Assembly: GCF_009914755.1 (NCBI RefSeq)
Contig: NC_060926.1
Length of the DNA: 64,000 bases
Strand: one strand, 5' to 3'
Source of the DNA: the human T2T-CHM13v2.0 reference genome, Homo sapiens
Shown: positions 61,847-64,000 of the stretch, piece by piece
How the letters are laid out: each line of letters opens with the position of its first letter
Numbering within the stretch: the first letter of the stretch is position 1
Translations under genes and position numbers: made by a program
The notes under the pieces: model-generated
What the model was told of the DNA's origin: nothing
The model's database searches: none
Seen by the model: only the letters and a program-made list of their open reading frames with translations

Positions 61847-63340
61847 TACTAATATAAATTAAAATGCAGTTTCTGTTTTTTTCAGTTTCCTTTCCAGCAT
61901 GGGATCATTTGGAGACAGAGAAACCTAGAGGACAATAGCAGAATCCTTTGATTCACATGTGAGTGCTGCTACTTCCTTATTATAGTAGAATAAACCAGGC
62001 CAATCTTCCAATAACTAACACCACTTCCAGAGCAGTGGTTTTCAATTCTGGTTGCGTATTAGAAGAACCAGGGGAGAAGCGAGGCACTGTGGCTCACACC
62101 TGTAATCCTAGCACTTACGGAGGCCAAGGCCGGTGGAATGCTTAAGCCCAGGAGTTTGAGACCCACCTAAGCAACATGGTGAAACCCCATCTTTAAGAAA
62201 AAAATACAAAAATTAGCTGGGTGTGGTGACATGTGCCTGTAGTCCCAGCTACTCAGGAGGCAGAGGCAGGAGGATCACCTGAGCCCAGGAAGTCAAGGCA
62301 GCGATCATGCCACTGCACTCCAGCCTGGGTGACAGATGCTGTCTCAGAAATCACCAGGTGAAATTTTTACATTAATACCCAGGCTTCACCCTCAGTGATT
62401 CTTTCATTTGAATGTCTTTAAGCACCCTGGGTGATTTTAGTCTGCAACTAGCAATCAGAACCACTACCCTAGAGTAAAAGCTTTCCCTAGTATGGTCTCA
62501 TTCATCCATTTTACGGTAAGTCCGTAAATGCGTTTGGCTAGAATTTGCCCCCGAGCTTCACAAAGCACTTCAAGGAAAGAGTCCTGGATAAGTCAGGCTT
62601 CCCAGACCAAAAGTCTATCTTGGTAAGGCCCTGGCAACTCTACAAATAATCTTGGTACCCAAGATCTCCAGAGATAAAATTGTTTTGAAAGTTGTAAAGT
62701 TGAAGACACATATCTAAACCAGGGGCTGGCAAATATTGTCTGTAAAATGAAAAGGAGAGTAGATTTTACAGGCTTTGTTGGACTTTGTCACAACCACTCA
62801 ACTCCACTACTGTTAGCACAAAAACAGTGACAGCCCATAAGCAAACAAGTCATAGCTGTTTCCATAAAACTTTATAAACACTACAATTTAAATTTCACAC
62901 AACTTACATATGTCATAAAATGTTACAATTTTTATTCTTTTTCAACCACTTCAAAATGTAAAACAGCCGGGAATGGTGGCTCATGCCTGGAATCCCAGCA
63001 CTTTGGGAGGCCAAAATGGGAGGATCACTTAAGCCCAGGAGTCCAAGAACAGCCTGGGCAACAAGGCGAGATCTCTACTAAAAATTAAAAAAAAAAATAG
63101 CCGACTGTGGTGGTGCAAGTCTGTAGTCCCAGCAACTCGGGAGACTGAGGTGGCAGAATCACTTGAGCCCAGGAGTTCAGAGGCTGCAGTAAGCTGATTG
63201 TACCATGGCACTCCAGCCTGTGTGACAGAGAACCTGCCTCAAAAAAAATATTTATGCTGAGGCCAGGCGCGGTGGCTCACGCCTGTAATCCCAGCACTTT
63301 GGGAGGCCGAGGCAGACAGATCACCAAAGGTCAGGGTTCA

Positions 63341-63568
<228 letters not shown>

Positions 63569-64000
63569 TCAACTTGAGATTGGTAAAAATCAAGTTTGAT
63601 AGCCCATCAGGTAGGAACTGATACAAAGAAACAGGTACTCCTATACACTGCCATGAAGGCAAACCAACAGTACCCAGCAAAAATTATAATGCACATACCC
63701 TTTGACTCAGCAATTTCCGAGGATGATCTAGGTAAGCATGTTCACCTATCAATGATGTACTGTACTGTACATCACCTGTCAATGACGTACAGTACAGTAC
63801 ATTCACTGCAACACTAATTTTTTTTTTTTGAGACAGAGTCTTTCTGTCGCCCAGGCTGGAGTACAGTGGCGCAATCTCAGCTCACTGCAACCTCTATTCA
63901 ATCAGGTTCAAGTGATTCTCCCGCCTCAGACTCCCAAGTAGCTGGGGGATTACAGGCGCGAGCCACCGCACCAAGCAAAAAAATTTTAAAAATTAAAAAT

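Overview
This is primate, almost certainly human, genomic DNA. It carries the 3' part of GALM (galactose mutarotase / aldose 1-epimerase) on the + strand as five coding exons: 161-367, 8746-8827, 50346-50487, 52517-52691 and 54268-54345 (TAA). These splice in frame to 227 residues, corresponding to 116-342 of the known protein, including His176, Asp243 and Glu307. An Alu-containing 3' UTR with several poly(A) signals follows, then about 8.5 kb of repeat-rich downstream DNA. The rest is intron, dominated by roughly 80 Alu copies or fragments, plus old L1, L2, MIR, LTR and DNA-transposon relics. Almost all ORFs in the supplied track are Alu or simple-repeat artefacts. The most unusual structure is a 2.09-kb, nearly G-free (CAY/TAT)n array in the 41.5-kb intron 4. 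It has higher-order ~460-590 bp units, is a continuous YCAY (NOVA-type) cluster in the pre-mRNA and lies between tail-to-tail MIRs. Other leads are a chimeric AluYa5, candidate Alu-derived and UG-repeat-associated cryptic exons, a competing exon-5 donor and several template-switch scars. I found no evidence of a new multi-gene system. Repeat subfamily names and boundaries are by eye and approximate.
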